Origin: an uncultured virus (IMG/VR IMGVR_UViG_3300008267_000250)
Lineage: Duplodnaviria > Heunggongvirae > Uroviricota > Caudoviricetes
Virus record (IMG/VR): IMGVR_UViG_3300008267_000250
Location: 1-64,000 of that record
Length of the DNA stretch: 64,000 nucleotides
Reading direction: 5' to 3' (one strand)
The notes below the pieces were generated by a model. That model saw only the letters and a list, made by a program, of their open reading frames with translations, was not told where the DNA came from and made no database searches. The translations under genes and the position numbers were made by a program. This document shows positions 49,561 to 58,143 of this stretch, one piece after another (the first letter of the stretch is position 1; every line of letters begins with the position of its first letter).

Positions 49561-49563
49561 TTT
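49532..49563 (+). terminator. Rho-independent terminator
   Basis: ACCCCCATTT-ATTT-AAGTGGGGGT forms a 10-bp stem (one G-U), followed by TTTTCTTT. Confidence 0.85.
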
Positions 49564-49597
49564 ATTATAAATATTTATTTTAATATAATTGTATATT

Positions 49598-51094
49598 ATG
49601 AAAGATAAATTTTTACCCTGGTTTTTGTTATTCTGTGCTTTAGGTCTATCCGGAACCGCCGCCTATTATAGTGTTATTGGACTTTCAGTTGTGTTTGTTG
49701 GTGTGGCCATCCCGGTTATCATTATGGGTTCCTTCCTTGAAATTTCAAAAATCGCAATTGCTACATATCTCCATGACAAATGGAAAGAAACGTATGGTAT
49801 TTTAAAAATCTATATGACAACGGCACTCATTACCTTGTCACTTATAACATCCTTGGGTATATATGGTTTATTAAGTACCGGATTCCAAGAAAATATCGCA
49901 AAACTTGAAATATCAGATAAGAAAATTAAAAACGTTGAACTTAAAAAAACAAGATTTTCTGAAATCAAAGATGAGTTAATCAAAGAAAAAACAACTCTTG
50001 ATGGTGATATTACAAAACTAAGAGAAGGGTTATCCACAAACACAACAACACAATCTGTTGATAGAAAAACTGGACAAATCATAACAAAAGCAAACAACGC
50101 AAATAGACGAACCTTTGAAAATCAATTAAGGGACGCGCAATCAAGAAGGGATACCCTATCCAAAAAAATTGACGGTTTAAATGATAGTATTACCAATTTG
50201 GATGTTGAAATTTTAAATATGGAATCTGAGGAAATTGAAGGTAGTGAACTTGGGACCATAAAATATTTAAGTGAAGTTTTGGATTGGGACATTAAAAGAA
50301 CCGCAAACCTTTTTATATTGATATTAATATTTGTTTTTGACCCATTGGCCATCACATTGGTTATTGCGACAAATCAAGCGTTTAAAGGTGACAAAAAAGA
50401 TGAGGACAAAACCACGGTAAACACTACTGATTACCCCGTAAATACCCCCCAAGTACCCCTTAACTACCCCCCAAGTACACCACAAGTTAAAGAAGAAACC
50501 CCCCAAGTACCGACCAAGTACCGACCAAGCACCGACCAAGTTGATAACTTAAAAGGTAAAATGAAACATGTGTGGGAAACGGTTAGAAAATTAAAAGAAG
50601 AAGGTAAGTTACCAGAGGATCCGACCGATGAGGAGTTGTTAGATGAACCGACAGCTCTTGCTTTTACACCTTATGTGATTGAAACAATTGAGAATGAAAA
50701 TGAGGAAATTATTAAAGAGGATGAAACAAATGATATTGATGATGATAATTATATAGTAGATGAAGAAATAAAAGTTGAAAAAGTAAAACCAATGGTAGTT
50801 GAGAAAATAGTAGAAGTTCCTGTTGAAGTTATTAAGGAAGTTGAGAAAATAGTAGAAGTTCCAGTATATGTTGATATGAATAATATGGTAACAGACGAGG
50901 AGTATTTTGAAAAAGAAGATTACCATACCATTGTTTCTGAAATAACAAATGACATTACTTTTGATTCTGAACAACCCGTAGAAGAAGTACCACAAACTGA
51001 AGAAATTTTAACCCAACATGTTCCAACGGCCGAACCTAAACGTTTGTCATATACCAACAGAAATGGTGGATCTCTCAGAATCAACAGATTTTAA
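49598..51094 (+). CDS. Multi-pass membrane protein with coiled coil and acidic VPV-repeat C-terminus
   Basis: Three N-terminal TM segments, coiled coil, TM ending FVFDPLAI, then VEKIVEVPVEVIKEVEKIVEVP; ATG at 49598. Confidence 0.7.
   Translation: MKDKFLPWFLLFCALGLSGTAAYYSVIGLSVVFVGVAIPVIIMGSFLEISKIAIATYLHDKWKETYGILKIYMTTALITLSLITSLGIYGLLSTGFQENIAKLEISDKKIKNVELKKTRFSEIKDELIKEKTTLDGDITKLREGLSTNTTTQSVDRKTGQIITKANNANRRTFENQLRDAQSRRDTLSKKIDGLNDSITNLDVEILNMESEEIEGSELGTIKYLSEVLDWDIKRTANLFILILIFVFDPLAITLVIATNQAFKGDKKDEDKTTVNTTDYPVNTPQVPLNYPPSTPQVKEETPQVPTKYRPSTDQVDNLKGKMKHVWETVRKLKEEGKLPEDPTDEELLDEPTALAFTPYVIETIENENEEIIKEDETNDIDDDNYIVDEEIKVEKVKPMVVEKIVEVPVEVIKEVEKIVEVPVYVDMNNMVTDEEYFEKEDYHTIVSEITNDITFDSEQPVEEVPQTEEILTQHVPTAEPKRLSYTNRNGGSLRINRF
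50432..50540 (+). repeat. 11-nt-period C-rich direct repeats inside a CDS
   Basis: TACCCCGTAAA, TACCCCCCAAG, TACCCCTTAAC, TACCCCCCAAG, TACACCACAAG, (10-nt gap), AACCCCCCAAG, TACCGACCAAG x2, CACCGACCAAG. Confidence 0.85.
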
Positions 51095-51665
51095 GCCCAT
51101 AGGGACATCTAAGTCAAAAAAACAAATAATACTTTGTGAAACAAAAAGAACTGTTAAAAATTATTTATACAGTCTAAAATATAGATACAATGGAAAAAAT
51201 TGTTATTTACCAAATTTTGTGATTTCAAGAGAGGGTGAAATATATCAAATATTAAAACCTTTGGGATATTCAAAATTTATGAATGATGAAAATATTGATC
51301 AAAATTCCATTATAATATGTTTGGAAAATCTGGGTTGGTTACAAAAAAAACCAATTGACAATACATATATTAATTGGATTGGTGATATTTATAAAAAAGA
51401 TGCGGTTGAAAAGAGGTGGAGAGAAAGAATTTATTGGCACCCTTATAATGAAACAAAACAAATTGAATCGTTGGTTCAATTATTAAAAGTTTTATGTAAG
51501 GATTACCATATACCTTTAAGATGTGCTGAATCAAACATATTTTTGAAAGAGGCCCAACAGTTTAAAGGTATAATATCCAAAAGTTCTTTTAATCTGAGTT
51601 ATAAGGATTTAAACCCTTCTTTTGACTTTAAACTTTTGCAAAAACTATTGAAAAATGATGAATGA
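51063..51665 (+). CDS. N-acetylmuramoyl-L-alanine amidase (Amidase_2)-like protein with degenerate Zn ligands
   Basis: K.QIILCET, PNFVISREGEIYQ, NSIIICLENLG, Q.ESL..L...LC..Y.IP and GI....KD.NP.FDF follow the amidase-2 scaffold, but the His ligands are absent. Confidence 0.6.
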   Translation: MVDLSESTDFKPIGTSKSKKQIILCETKRTVKNYLYSLKYRYNGKNCYLPNFVISREGEIYQILKPLGYSKFMNDENIDQNSIIICLENLGWLQKKPIDNTYINWIGDIYKKDAVEKRWRERIYWHPYNETKQIESLVQLLKVLCKDYHIPLRCAESNIFLKEAQQFKGIISKSSFNLSYKDLNPSFDFKLLQKLLKNDE

Positions 51666-52206
51666 TTATGATGAAATAAAAAATCTTTTAAAAAGATCAA
51701 AAATGCTTTTTGAACAAAAGGGACCTATTAATCTTGCAAAAAGTATTGAGGATGATATTACCGATGAGAATGAGTATGAAACTTATGATGACGAAGTTGA
51801 TACCGAAGAAGTAAAAAAAGAAAAAAGTAAAACATATAGAATTTCCGGTGGGCTTTTGACTATACATGGTAAAGATAAAAAAGATTTGGAATTAACAACC
51901 GAAGAAAAAGTTCACTTTCAGGAAACAATGGACGAGTTCGTTAATGAAGTATCCGATCTTAGTGAATTTGGTGTTTTAAACATATATGAGAATGACGTTC
52001 AATGGAGTGGTAAAATACTTGACTTTGATGTTGAGTTCTACCTCTCAATCGGAGAAAATAATGGTGTATATATAAATGGTGAGATGATTAAGTTGGATGA
52101 TAAATTAAATGAAATGATTCAAAAACTTACATCATATTATAATAAATTCAAATCAAAATGGGCGAAGGTAATCTCAATGAGAAAAAAAACAATGTTGAAA
52201 AAATGA
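51655..52206 (+). CDS. Hypothetical acidic protein
   Basis: 183-aa ORF in operon. Confidence 0.6.
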   Translation: MMNDYDEIKNLLKRSKMLFEQKGPINLAKSIEDDITDENEYETYDDEVDTEEVKKEKSKTYRISGGLLTIHGKDKKDLELTTEEKVHFQETMDEFVNEVSDLSEFGVLNIYENDVQWSGKILDFDVEFYLSIGENNGVYINGEMIKLDDKLNEMIQKLTSYYNKFKSKWAKVISMRKKTMLKK

Positions 52207-52556
52207 AACAGATTCTCATAAAATATTTTAGAGAAATCCTTATTTTAGTTTTTGGTGTGATATTAACAATTTTATTATTAAAAATTTATAACACCAATTA
52301 CGATAACAGTGAACTTATCAAGTTTAAATTGGAAACCTTAGACAAAGAAATTGAATTATTGAACAAACAAAGAAAGGGTCTGGACTCCACAATTAATATT
52401 TACAACAAAAATATCAAAAAAATAGATTCATCTTTGACAAAGTTAAAAATTGAAAAAACGACAATTAATAACTTTTTTGAAGAAAATGAAAGTAAAATAA
52501 GAAATGCTGACGCTAAAATGGTTGACAGTTTACTTAGATTAAGATACAAATATTAA
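52203..52556 (+). CDS. N-terminal TM + coiled-coil protein (spanin-like candidate)
   Basis: ATGA overlap at 52203; EILILVFGVILTILLL TM then heptad repeats. Confidence 0.5.
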   Translation: MKQILIKYFREILILVFGVILTILLLKIYNTNYDNSELIKFKLETLDKEIELLNKQRKGLDSTINIYNKNIKKIDSSLTKLKIEKTTINNFFEENESKIRNADAKMVDSLLRLRYKY

Positions 52557-52558
52557 AT

Positions 52559-52972
52559 ATGAAAAAATTAATTTTAACTCACTTTATTTTATTAAGTACC
52601 TTTTGTTTTACCCAGACAGAGATAAAAAAAGATAGTACCCAAATTTGTTTCCCATATCAAGTAGGAAGAAGGATTTTAATTGAATTAAACGAAGGTGATA
52701 GAAATAAAGAACTTTTAAGAGTTTCAAATCAAGAAATTAAATTATTAAAGGAAAAAATTATATTTAAGGACTCAACAATAATGGATCTTAAAAAAACAAT
52801 TGAAATTGCGGATCAAGTTACCAAAAAAAATGAAGAAAAATTCAAAATAGTTAACGAAGATAACGAAACATTAAGAAAGGATAACAACCTATTAAAATTA
52901 AAAAATACAATCTCAAATATCATATCTGGGATTGTTATTGGGATATTAACTTATGAAGTTGTAAAAAAATAA
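52559..52972 (+). CDS. Signal-peptide + coiled-coil + C-terminal TM protein (spanin-like candidate)
   Basis: MKKLILTHFILLSTFCF signal-like start; C-terminal IISGIVIGILTY TM. Confidence 0.5.
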   Translation: MKKLILTHFILLSTFCFTQTEIKKDSTQICFPYQVGRRILIELNEGDRNKELLRVSNQEIKLLKEKIIFKDSTIMDLKKTIEIADQVTKKNEEKFKIVNEDNETLRKDNNLLKLKNTISNIISGIVIGILTYEVVKK

Positions 52973-52973
52973 T

Positions 52974-53462
52974 ATGAAAAAAATAGACATAAAAAAGATT
53001 ATTTCAGAAATTCAAAACGAAACCAAAGAAGGTATGGGTGCAGCTTCGGCTGGTGGTTTTGAGGGTCCGGCCTTTAGTATGTGGTCAGATGATGAAAAAG
53101 CCAAATCCGAATATAAAAAAAATGAATCAGAAGAAGGCGAGTTTAAAGAAGCTACCTCATCTTCATCTGTTGGTGCATATGATGCTCCAGGGTTTGAAGA
53201 TGTGAAAATGAAAGGAAATCATCCGGTTGGTAGAGGTAAACAATTTAAAAAACCATTATATAAAGGAGGGGGGTTCGTAACCATTCAAAAAAAATGTAAA
53301 AAGTTTCCATATTGTAGTCAAGGCGACAGTAAGGACAAACCAGTTAAGGTTAAAACGACTTTATCACCACTTAGTGAAGCAATAAAAAATGTATCATTAA
53401 AAACAGGATTAAGTGAAGAAGAAATAAAAAATATAATTAAATTAAAATTCACTAAAAATTAA
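52974..53462 (+). CDS. Hypothetical protein (possible head-internal protein)
   Basis: IKKIISE start, EATSSSSVGAY and CKKFPYCSQG. Confidence 0.55.
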   Translation: MKKIDIKKIISEIQNETKEGMGAASAGGFEGPAFSMWSDDEKAKSEYKKNESEEGEFKEATSSSSVGAYDAPGFEDVKMKGNHPVGRGKQFKKPLYKGGGFVTIQKKCKKFPYCSQGDSKDKPVKVKTTLSPLSEAIKNVSLKTGLSEEEIKNIIKLKFTKN

Positions 53463-53486
53463 TAAACTTAAAGATATTTATTAGGT

Positions 53487-54485
53487 ATGAACAAAGATAT
53501 TTTAAACATAGTAAATAGAGTTTTGTCTGAGGAATATAACGACAAAATGAACGAATCCAAAAAGGATACGTGTGAACAATGTGGTGGAAACACAATGAAA
53601 GAAGGTGAATGCTCAGAATGTGGATATATGAAAGAGGAGTTTAAAGAAGGTAAAAAACTTTCTAAAAAACAGGAATATATTGCTAAACAAGCTGAACCTA
53701 AAAACAAAATTGACGCTAAAGATTTTGCTAAACTTAGAAGTAAAAAATCAGACACAAAAAATTCAAAATCTGAAAAAACTAAAGTAGATGAATCTAGATA
53801 TAGTATTGAATTAGACGGAAAGAGATACGTATTTAACGAAAATGAAGTAGTTAACATCATTGAAAATATTGTTTTAGAGGAGAAGTCAAAAGAGAAAAAA
53901 ATGACCAAAACATTAAACGTAACTAAAGATTCACAAAACAAGTCTAAAAAAGAAAATGACGACTACATATCAAGTGTTGTTAAAAAAATGAAAGATTATT
54001 TAAAGGACGGATCAAAAGGTGATTTTGAAATGGAACCGGATAGTTTCCCCAAAGGAAATGGTGAATTAGCTAAAATGGATAAAATGGCTTATGTACCATC
54101 TGATGGTGTTGAGGAGTATGTACAAAACTTTACGGCCGCTGGACTTGAAAATTTAGATTATGATGCGATTCATCCGAATGAGGAATGGGTTGATGACTTA
54201 ATGGTTGGTTCATCAAGAACTGGAAATAACCCAGAATGGGCAAACGCAGTTGAGACACCAGTTAACAAAAAAAGAAACCAAATCAGAAAAGATAACTTAC
54301 TTGCCAAAATCAAAAGAAAGGCTTACAACAAGTCAGCACAACCGATTGTAAATGACAAGAGTGGAAATGAAACGGATAAAGCATCAAAAATAATGATGCA
54401 AGTTGAATCAGAAACAGAAAAGAAAGTGTTGTCTGACATTGAAAAAATGAAAAAATTGTTGTCATACAATTCAAAAACCCAATAA
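53487..54485 (+). CDS. Hypothetical charged protein (possible prohead-core/internal protein)
   Basis: IVNRVLSEE start, CEQCG/CSECG, IDAKDFAKLR and C-terminal DIEKMKKLLSY; upstream TATTTAT. Confidence 0.6.
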   Translation: MNKDILNIVNRVLSEEYNDKMNESKKDTCEQCGGNTMKEGECSECGYMKEEFKEGKKLSKKQEYIAKQAEPKNKIDAKDFAKLRSKKSDTKNSKSEKTKVDESRYSIELDGKRYVFNENEVVNIIENIVLEEKSKEKKMTKTLNVTKDSQNKSKKENDDYISSVVKKMKDYLKDGSKGDFEMEPDSFPKGNGELAKMDKMAYVPSDGVEEYVQNFTAAGLENLDYDAIHPNEEWVDDLMVGSSRTGNNPEWANAVETPVNKKRNQIRKDNLLAKIKRKAYNKSAQPIVNDKSGNETDKASKIMMQVESETEKKVLSDIEKMKKLLSYNSKTQ

Positions 54486-54528
54486 ATAAAACTTTAGTTT
54501 TAATTGACCCATATTATTATTAGACTAT

Positions 54529-55023
54529 ATGAACTTAGATGGTAATAATATGGGTCGTTTTTTTGATTGGTTAGCCAAACCAATGGAAAGAGAGGATATT
54601 GATGCTTGGTATATGGCAAACAATATACTTCCAGAATATACCGAATTATTCAGAGACTTCTGTTTATCTTTTTTAAACATTCTTAATGACACATATCTAG
54701 GTGACACTACTGACTCTAATGACACCAAAATCATTATGAGTGAAGATCAAAACAAAGAACACTTTAGATGGTGTTGGAAAAAAACAGTTGAGAATTTCCA
54801 AAAAGAAAATATAAATTTCATCTTCAAAGAGAATGATTATGAATTTTTTGAGAGTTTCTTTTATGAAATATTCTATAATCAAGAAAGTGAAAAAATGAAA
54901 AACGCACTCAACGAGTTCTTCGTTGATTTATTTGATGAAAGTCACAACAAAACAAAATCTGATATAGAAATATTCACTGATATCTACAAAACCTTAGAAA
55001 GATCTTTAAATATTGTTGATTAA
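54529..55023 (+). CDS. Hypothetical protein
   Basis: 164-aa ORF. Confidence 0.6.
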   Translation: MNLDGNNMGRFFDWLAKPMEREDIDAWYMANNILPEYTELFRDFCLSFLNILNDTYLGDTTDSNDTKIIMSEDQNKEHFRWCWKKTVENFQKENINFIFKENDYEFFESFFYEIFYNQESEKMKNALNEFFVDLFDESHNKTKSDIEIFTDIYKTLERSLNIVD

Positions 55024-55091
55024 AAACTTTACTAAGTCAAAACATTAAATTACCTTTTTGTTAATTCAATAAACCAAATTATAAAATTAAA

Positions 55092-55274
55092 ATGGAAACT
55101 TTAGAACAAATTAAAACATTAGTAGAAACTCTAACTGCCGAAACAACAAAATTTTATACAAAAAGTAATAAGTCAGCAGGTACGAGAGCAAGAAAAACAG
55201 CACAAGAATTAAAAGATCTTATGCAAGTTTTAAGAAAAGAGATTTTAGCTTTCAATAAAGAAGAAGAAAAATAA
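55092..55274 (+). CDS. Histone H1-like (Hc1-like) small DNA-binding protein
   Basis: KFY.K.NKSAGTRARK..QELK motif. Confidence 0.75.
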   Translation: METLEQIKTLVETLTAETTKFYTKSNKSAGTRARKTAQELKDLMQVLRKEILAFNKEEEK

Positions 55275-55277
55275 GAT

Positions 55278-55469
55278 ATGTTTCTTTTAACACCCTTTCT
55301 TACCTTTTTATTTATATTCTCTATCGTGGTTTTAGTTACTTTTGGAGTAAATTTAACTATTTCAATGATGTCAAACCCACCTAAACCATATGAGTTCAAA
55401 AGATATGAAACAACAACTTATATGATGTTGTTGAGTTATGTTGTAACTTATATTATTTATTTATTTTAA
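55278..55469 (+). CDS. Small two-TM membrane protein
   Basis: 63 aa with two hydrophobic segments flanking NPPKPY. Confidence 0.55.
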   Translation: MFLLTPFLTFLFIFSIVVLVTFGVNLTISMMSNPPKPYEFKRYETTTYMMLLSYVVTYIIYLF

Positions 55470-55471
55470 TT

Positions 55472-55915
55472 ATGATATTCAGTCAATTTATAACAAAAAC
55501 CGATAAGTATTTAAAAACCGTTAGAGTATTAAAAAATTACGTTTCTTTTGACATGATCTTTCCTTCGGGATGGGTCATGTTAAAGAAATCACCAGAGAAT
55601 GTTGAAATCTTACAAACAGAAACAAAAGATGGTATTGTGACTTCATTTGTTTGTCAAAATGATTCGGAAATAATCCAAACCCTTGAATCTACAATGGATT
55701 TGGTCATTAAAACGAATATTGAAAGGGAAGAAAAAGAAAAATTATTTAAGTTGAAAGTAAAAGAGTTACAAAACATTTTTGAAAAAGAAAAACTTTCAGA
55801 CTTAAAGGAATTAAAAATTGCAATTGAAGTGGATGAACCAAATTTAGAGGAATATTCAAAATTAGTAGAAAATGGAACAGAAACCAAATCTGAAGGAGTT
55901 GAACAGGGAGCTTGA
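55472..55915 (+). CDS. Hypothetical protein
   Basis: 147-aa ORF in operon. Confidence 0.6.
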   Translation: MIFSQFITKTDKYLKTVRVLKNYVSFDMIFPSGWVMLKKSPENVEILQTETKDGIVTSFVCQNDSEIIQTLESTMDLVIKTNIEREEKEKLFKLKVKELQNIFEKEKLSDLKELKIAIEVDEPNLEEYSKLVENGTETKSEGVEQGA

Positions 55916-56090
55916 ACGGTTTGAACTTGAATCAAAAAAGTACGAAAAACAAAACGAAGCCTACAAAAACTCTATTTCAACCGAATTAAAAAAAATTAAC
56001 AAAGAAATACTATTTAATTCAAAACAAACCGAAATTGAAACTGAATTGACATTATGGGAAAGATTGAAGAAAGTTTTGAGGATGAATTAG
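55872..56090 (+). CDS. Hypothetical coiled-coil protein
   Basis: 72 aa ending TLWERLKKVL. Confidence 0.5.
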   Translation: MEQKPNLKELNRELERFELESKKYEKQNEAYKNSISTELKKINKEILFNSKQTEIETELTLWERLKKVLRMN

Positions 56091-56272
56091 CGAAGTTGGC
56101 CAAAATTGTAGAAATTATTGAAGATAGCTTTATTTCAACCGATGACATTGAAATTGAATTAAAAGTTCCAGATGATAAATTTAAATATCTTTCACAAAAT
56201 CTTAGATATCAAAATCAAGAAAAAGTAACAATAACTATTGATAATGTTAGTTTTACTTTTTTGAAAAAGTAG
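56054..56272 (+). CDS. Hypothetical protein
   Basis: 72-aa ORF overlapping the upstream gene. Confidence 0.5.
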   Translation: MGKIEESFEDELAKLAKIVEIIEDSFISTDDIEIELKVPDDKFKYLSQNLRYQNQEKVTITIDNVSFTFLKK

Positions 56273-56897
56273 TTTTTAACCTATAAAGGTAACTCTTATC
56301 AAACCCTTTCCCTACCAAAATATCATACACCCACTTTCTCTGAGCAATTGAAACGTCTCTAATAAAAAGAGCATCACTTCTACCATTCTCAATAAAATAA
56401 TTTTCAACAATACCTAAAAACCGGTCAGATTCATATTTATCCTTCAAGGAGAACATATTTACATCTTCATTAATTTGGACACAAACCTTATTATTTAGAC
56501 AATATATACTTTTAAGTTCCTTACTTGTACAATATTTCTTTATGAAGTCCAAGAACTTTATTTTTTTCTTCGTTTGCCAATCAAATATCAATTCTTCAAT
56601 TTTATATGGTTGGAAATCCAAAAAGATATAATCCGGGTCCTCCAAATCAACTACTTTATTTCTACCCAACTCATCTTTTATAACCAATGTTTTTTGAAGT
56701 TGTTTTTGATTTGTGACAATTGCCAAATAAAAATTACAATATTCTGCATTTTCCACTTTTTTTTCAAAATAAATTGTTTTACTTTTATCTAGAAGTGTTT
56801 TATAACGTTCAGTTGCTTTTTTCTGAGTAATGAATGTTTTAATAAGTTTTTTCTTCTTATTATTTTTAAACAGGACAATATTGAAATTATTTAACAA
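56253..56897 (-). CDS. Hypothetical basic protein
   Basis: 214-aa minus-strand ORF filling the gap; TTG start; A-rich coding bias switches strand here. Confidence 0.6.
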   Translation of the reverse strand: MLNNFNIVLFKNNKKKKLIKTFITQKKATERYKTLLDKSKTIYFEKKVENAEYCNFYLAIVTNQKQLQKTLVIKDELGRNKVVDLEDPDYIFLDFQPYKIEELIFDWQTKKKIKFLDFIKKYCTSKELKSIYCLNNKVCVQINEDVNMFSLKDKYESDRFLGIVENYFIENGRSDALFIRDVSIAQRKWVYDILVGKGFDKSYLYRLKTTFSKK

Positions 56898-57893
56898 ATG
56901 AAGGACTATTATACTATTTTAGGTGTTACTGAAACAGCAACACAAGATGAAATCAAAAAAACATATAGAAAATTAAGTAAACAATATCATCCAGATGTAA
57001 ACCCTGACGGAGAAGAAAAATTCAAAGAAATTACTGAAGCGTATGAGAACATAGGTGAGGAATCAAAAAGGAATGAATATGATATTAGAAGAAAAAATCC
57101 ATTCCAAGGTATGGGTGGTTCACCTTTTGATATTCATAGTATGTTTGAACAAATGATGAACGGTGGTGTACCAAAACAAAAAAGAGCACCAGACAAAGTG
57201 ATAAACATAACAATTAACCCATTGGAATCATACTTTGGTACTAAAAAAGAACTGACATTAAAAAATTTAAGTAAATGTACACCATGTCAAGGAACCGGTG
57301 GAACTAAAAAAATATGTGAAACATGTCAAGGTCAGGGAATGGTTGTTCAAGTAATGGGTACTGGTTTATTCGCCCATAGAATCCAAACAACGTGCCCAAC
57401 ATGTCAAGGGTCCGGTAGTCAGATATTAAATGCTTGTACAAGTTGTTTTGGTAATGGAAGAAGGGTTGAGGATGAAAAATTAATGGTTAACATCCCACCA
57501 AATGTGGATAATGGTGATTTTTTAAGGTTATCACAAAAAGGTGATTTTGATTCTAGTACAAAATTAAGGGGGGACTTGATTCTAAAAGTAAATTTAATAA
57601 ATGATGATAAGTTTGAAAAAAGTGGATTTGATCTGATATATAATTTAAGGATTCACCCACTCAATTTAATTTTAGACGACGAACTAATTGTTGAACACCC
57701 AGACGGTAATCTATCCATAAAAATACCAGAAAGTATAACAACTAACAAACCTTTGAGAATTGTCGGAAAGGGTTATAAAACTGATCAAGGTAGCGGAAAC
57801 TTTTATATCAAAGTAATTGTTGAAAAACAAGAAAATCTTGATTCAAAATTAAAAGAGGAACTTAAACAAGTTCTAAAACTGGTTATTAATTAA
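56898..57893 (+). CDS. dnaJ: Molecular chaperone DnaJ (type I)
   Basis: J-domain with HPD, four CxxCxGxG repeats and a C-terminal domain. Confidence 0.9.
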   Translation: MKDYYTILGVTETATQDEIKKTYRKLSKQYHPDVNPDGEEKFKEITEAYENIGEESKRNEYDIRRKNPFQGMGGSPFDIHSMFEQMMNGGVPKQKRAPDKVINITINPLESYFGTKKELTLKNLSKCTPCQGTGGTKKICETCQGQGMVVQVMGTGLFAHRIQTTCPTCQGSGSQILNACTSCFGNGRRVEDEKLMVNIPPNVDNGDFLRLSQKGDFDSSTKLRGDLILKVNLINDDKFEKSGFDLIYNLRIHPLNLILDDELIVEHPDGNLSIKIPESITTNKPLRIVGKGYKTDQGSGNFYIKVIVEKQENLDSKLKEELKQVLKLVIN

Positions 57894-58031
57894 TTCAATT
57901 AATTTTACTGTACCGTATATTGAACTTAAAAGGATATATAAACTTAAAACTAATAATCCTTTTTGGGGTGTTGACAATCCTTTTTCACATTGTTTACATC
58001 CGGTTACTTGTGTTGCTTTTTTTTCTTCCAT
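57873..58031 (-). CDS. Small CxxC + single-TM protein, 52 aa (MEEKKATQVTGCKQCEKG...)
   Basis: Not in the ORF track; ATG at 58031, TAG at 57873-57875; CKQC followed by a hydrophobic helix. Confidence 0.55.
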   Translation of the reverse strand: MEEKKATQVTGCKQCEKGLSTPQKGLLVLSLYILLSSIYGTVKLIELINNQF

Positions 58032-58143
58032 AATGTAATTATATAATCTTTTTTTTAATAAGTGAATTTATTTTTTAATTGAACATATTAATCATTTAAA
58101 AATTTTTCTTATATTTGTGATATTTATTATTAAAACATAAATT

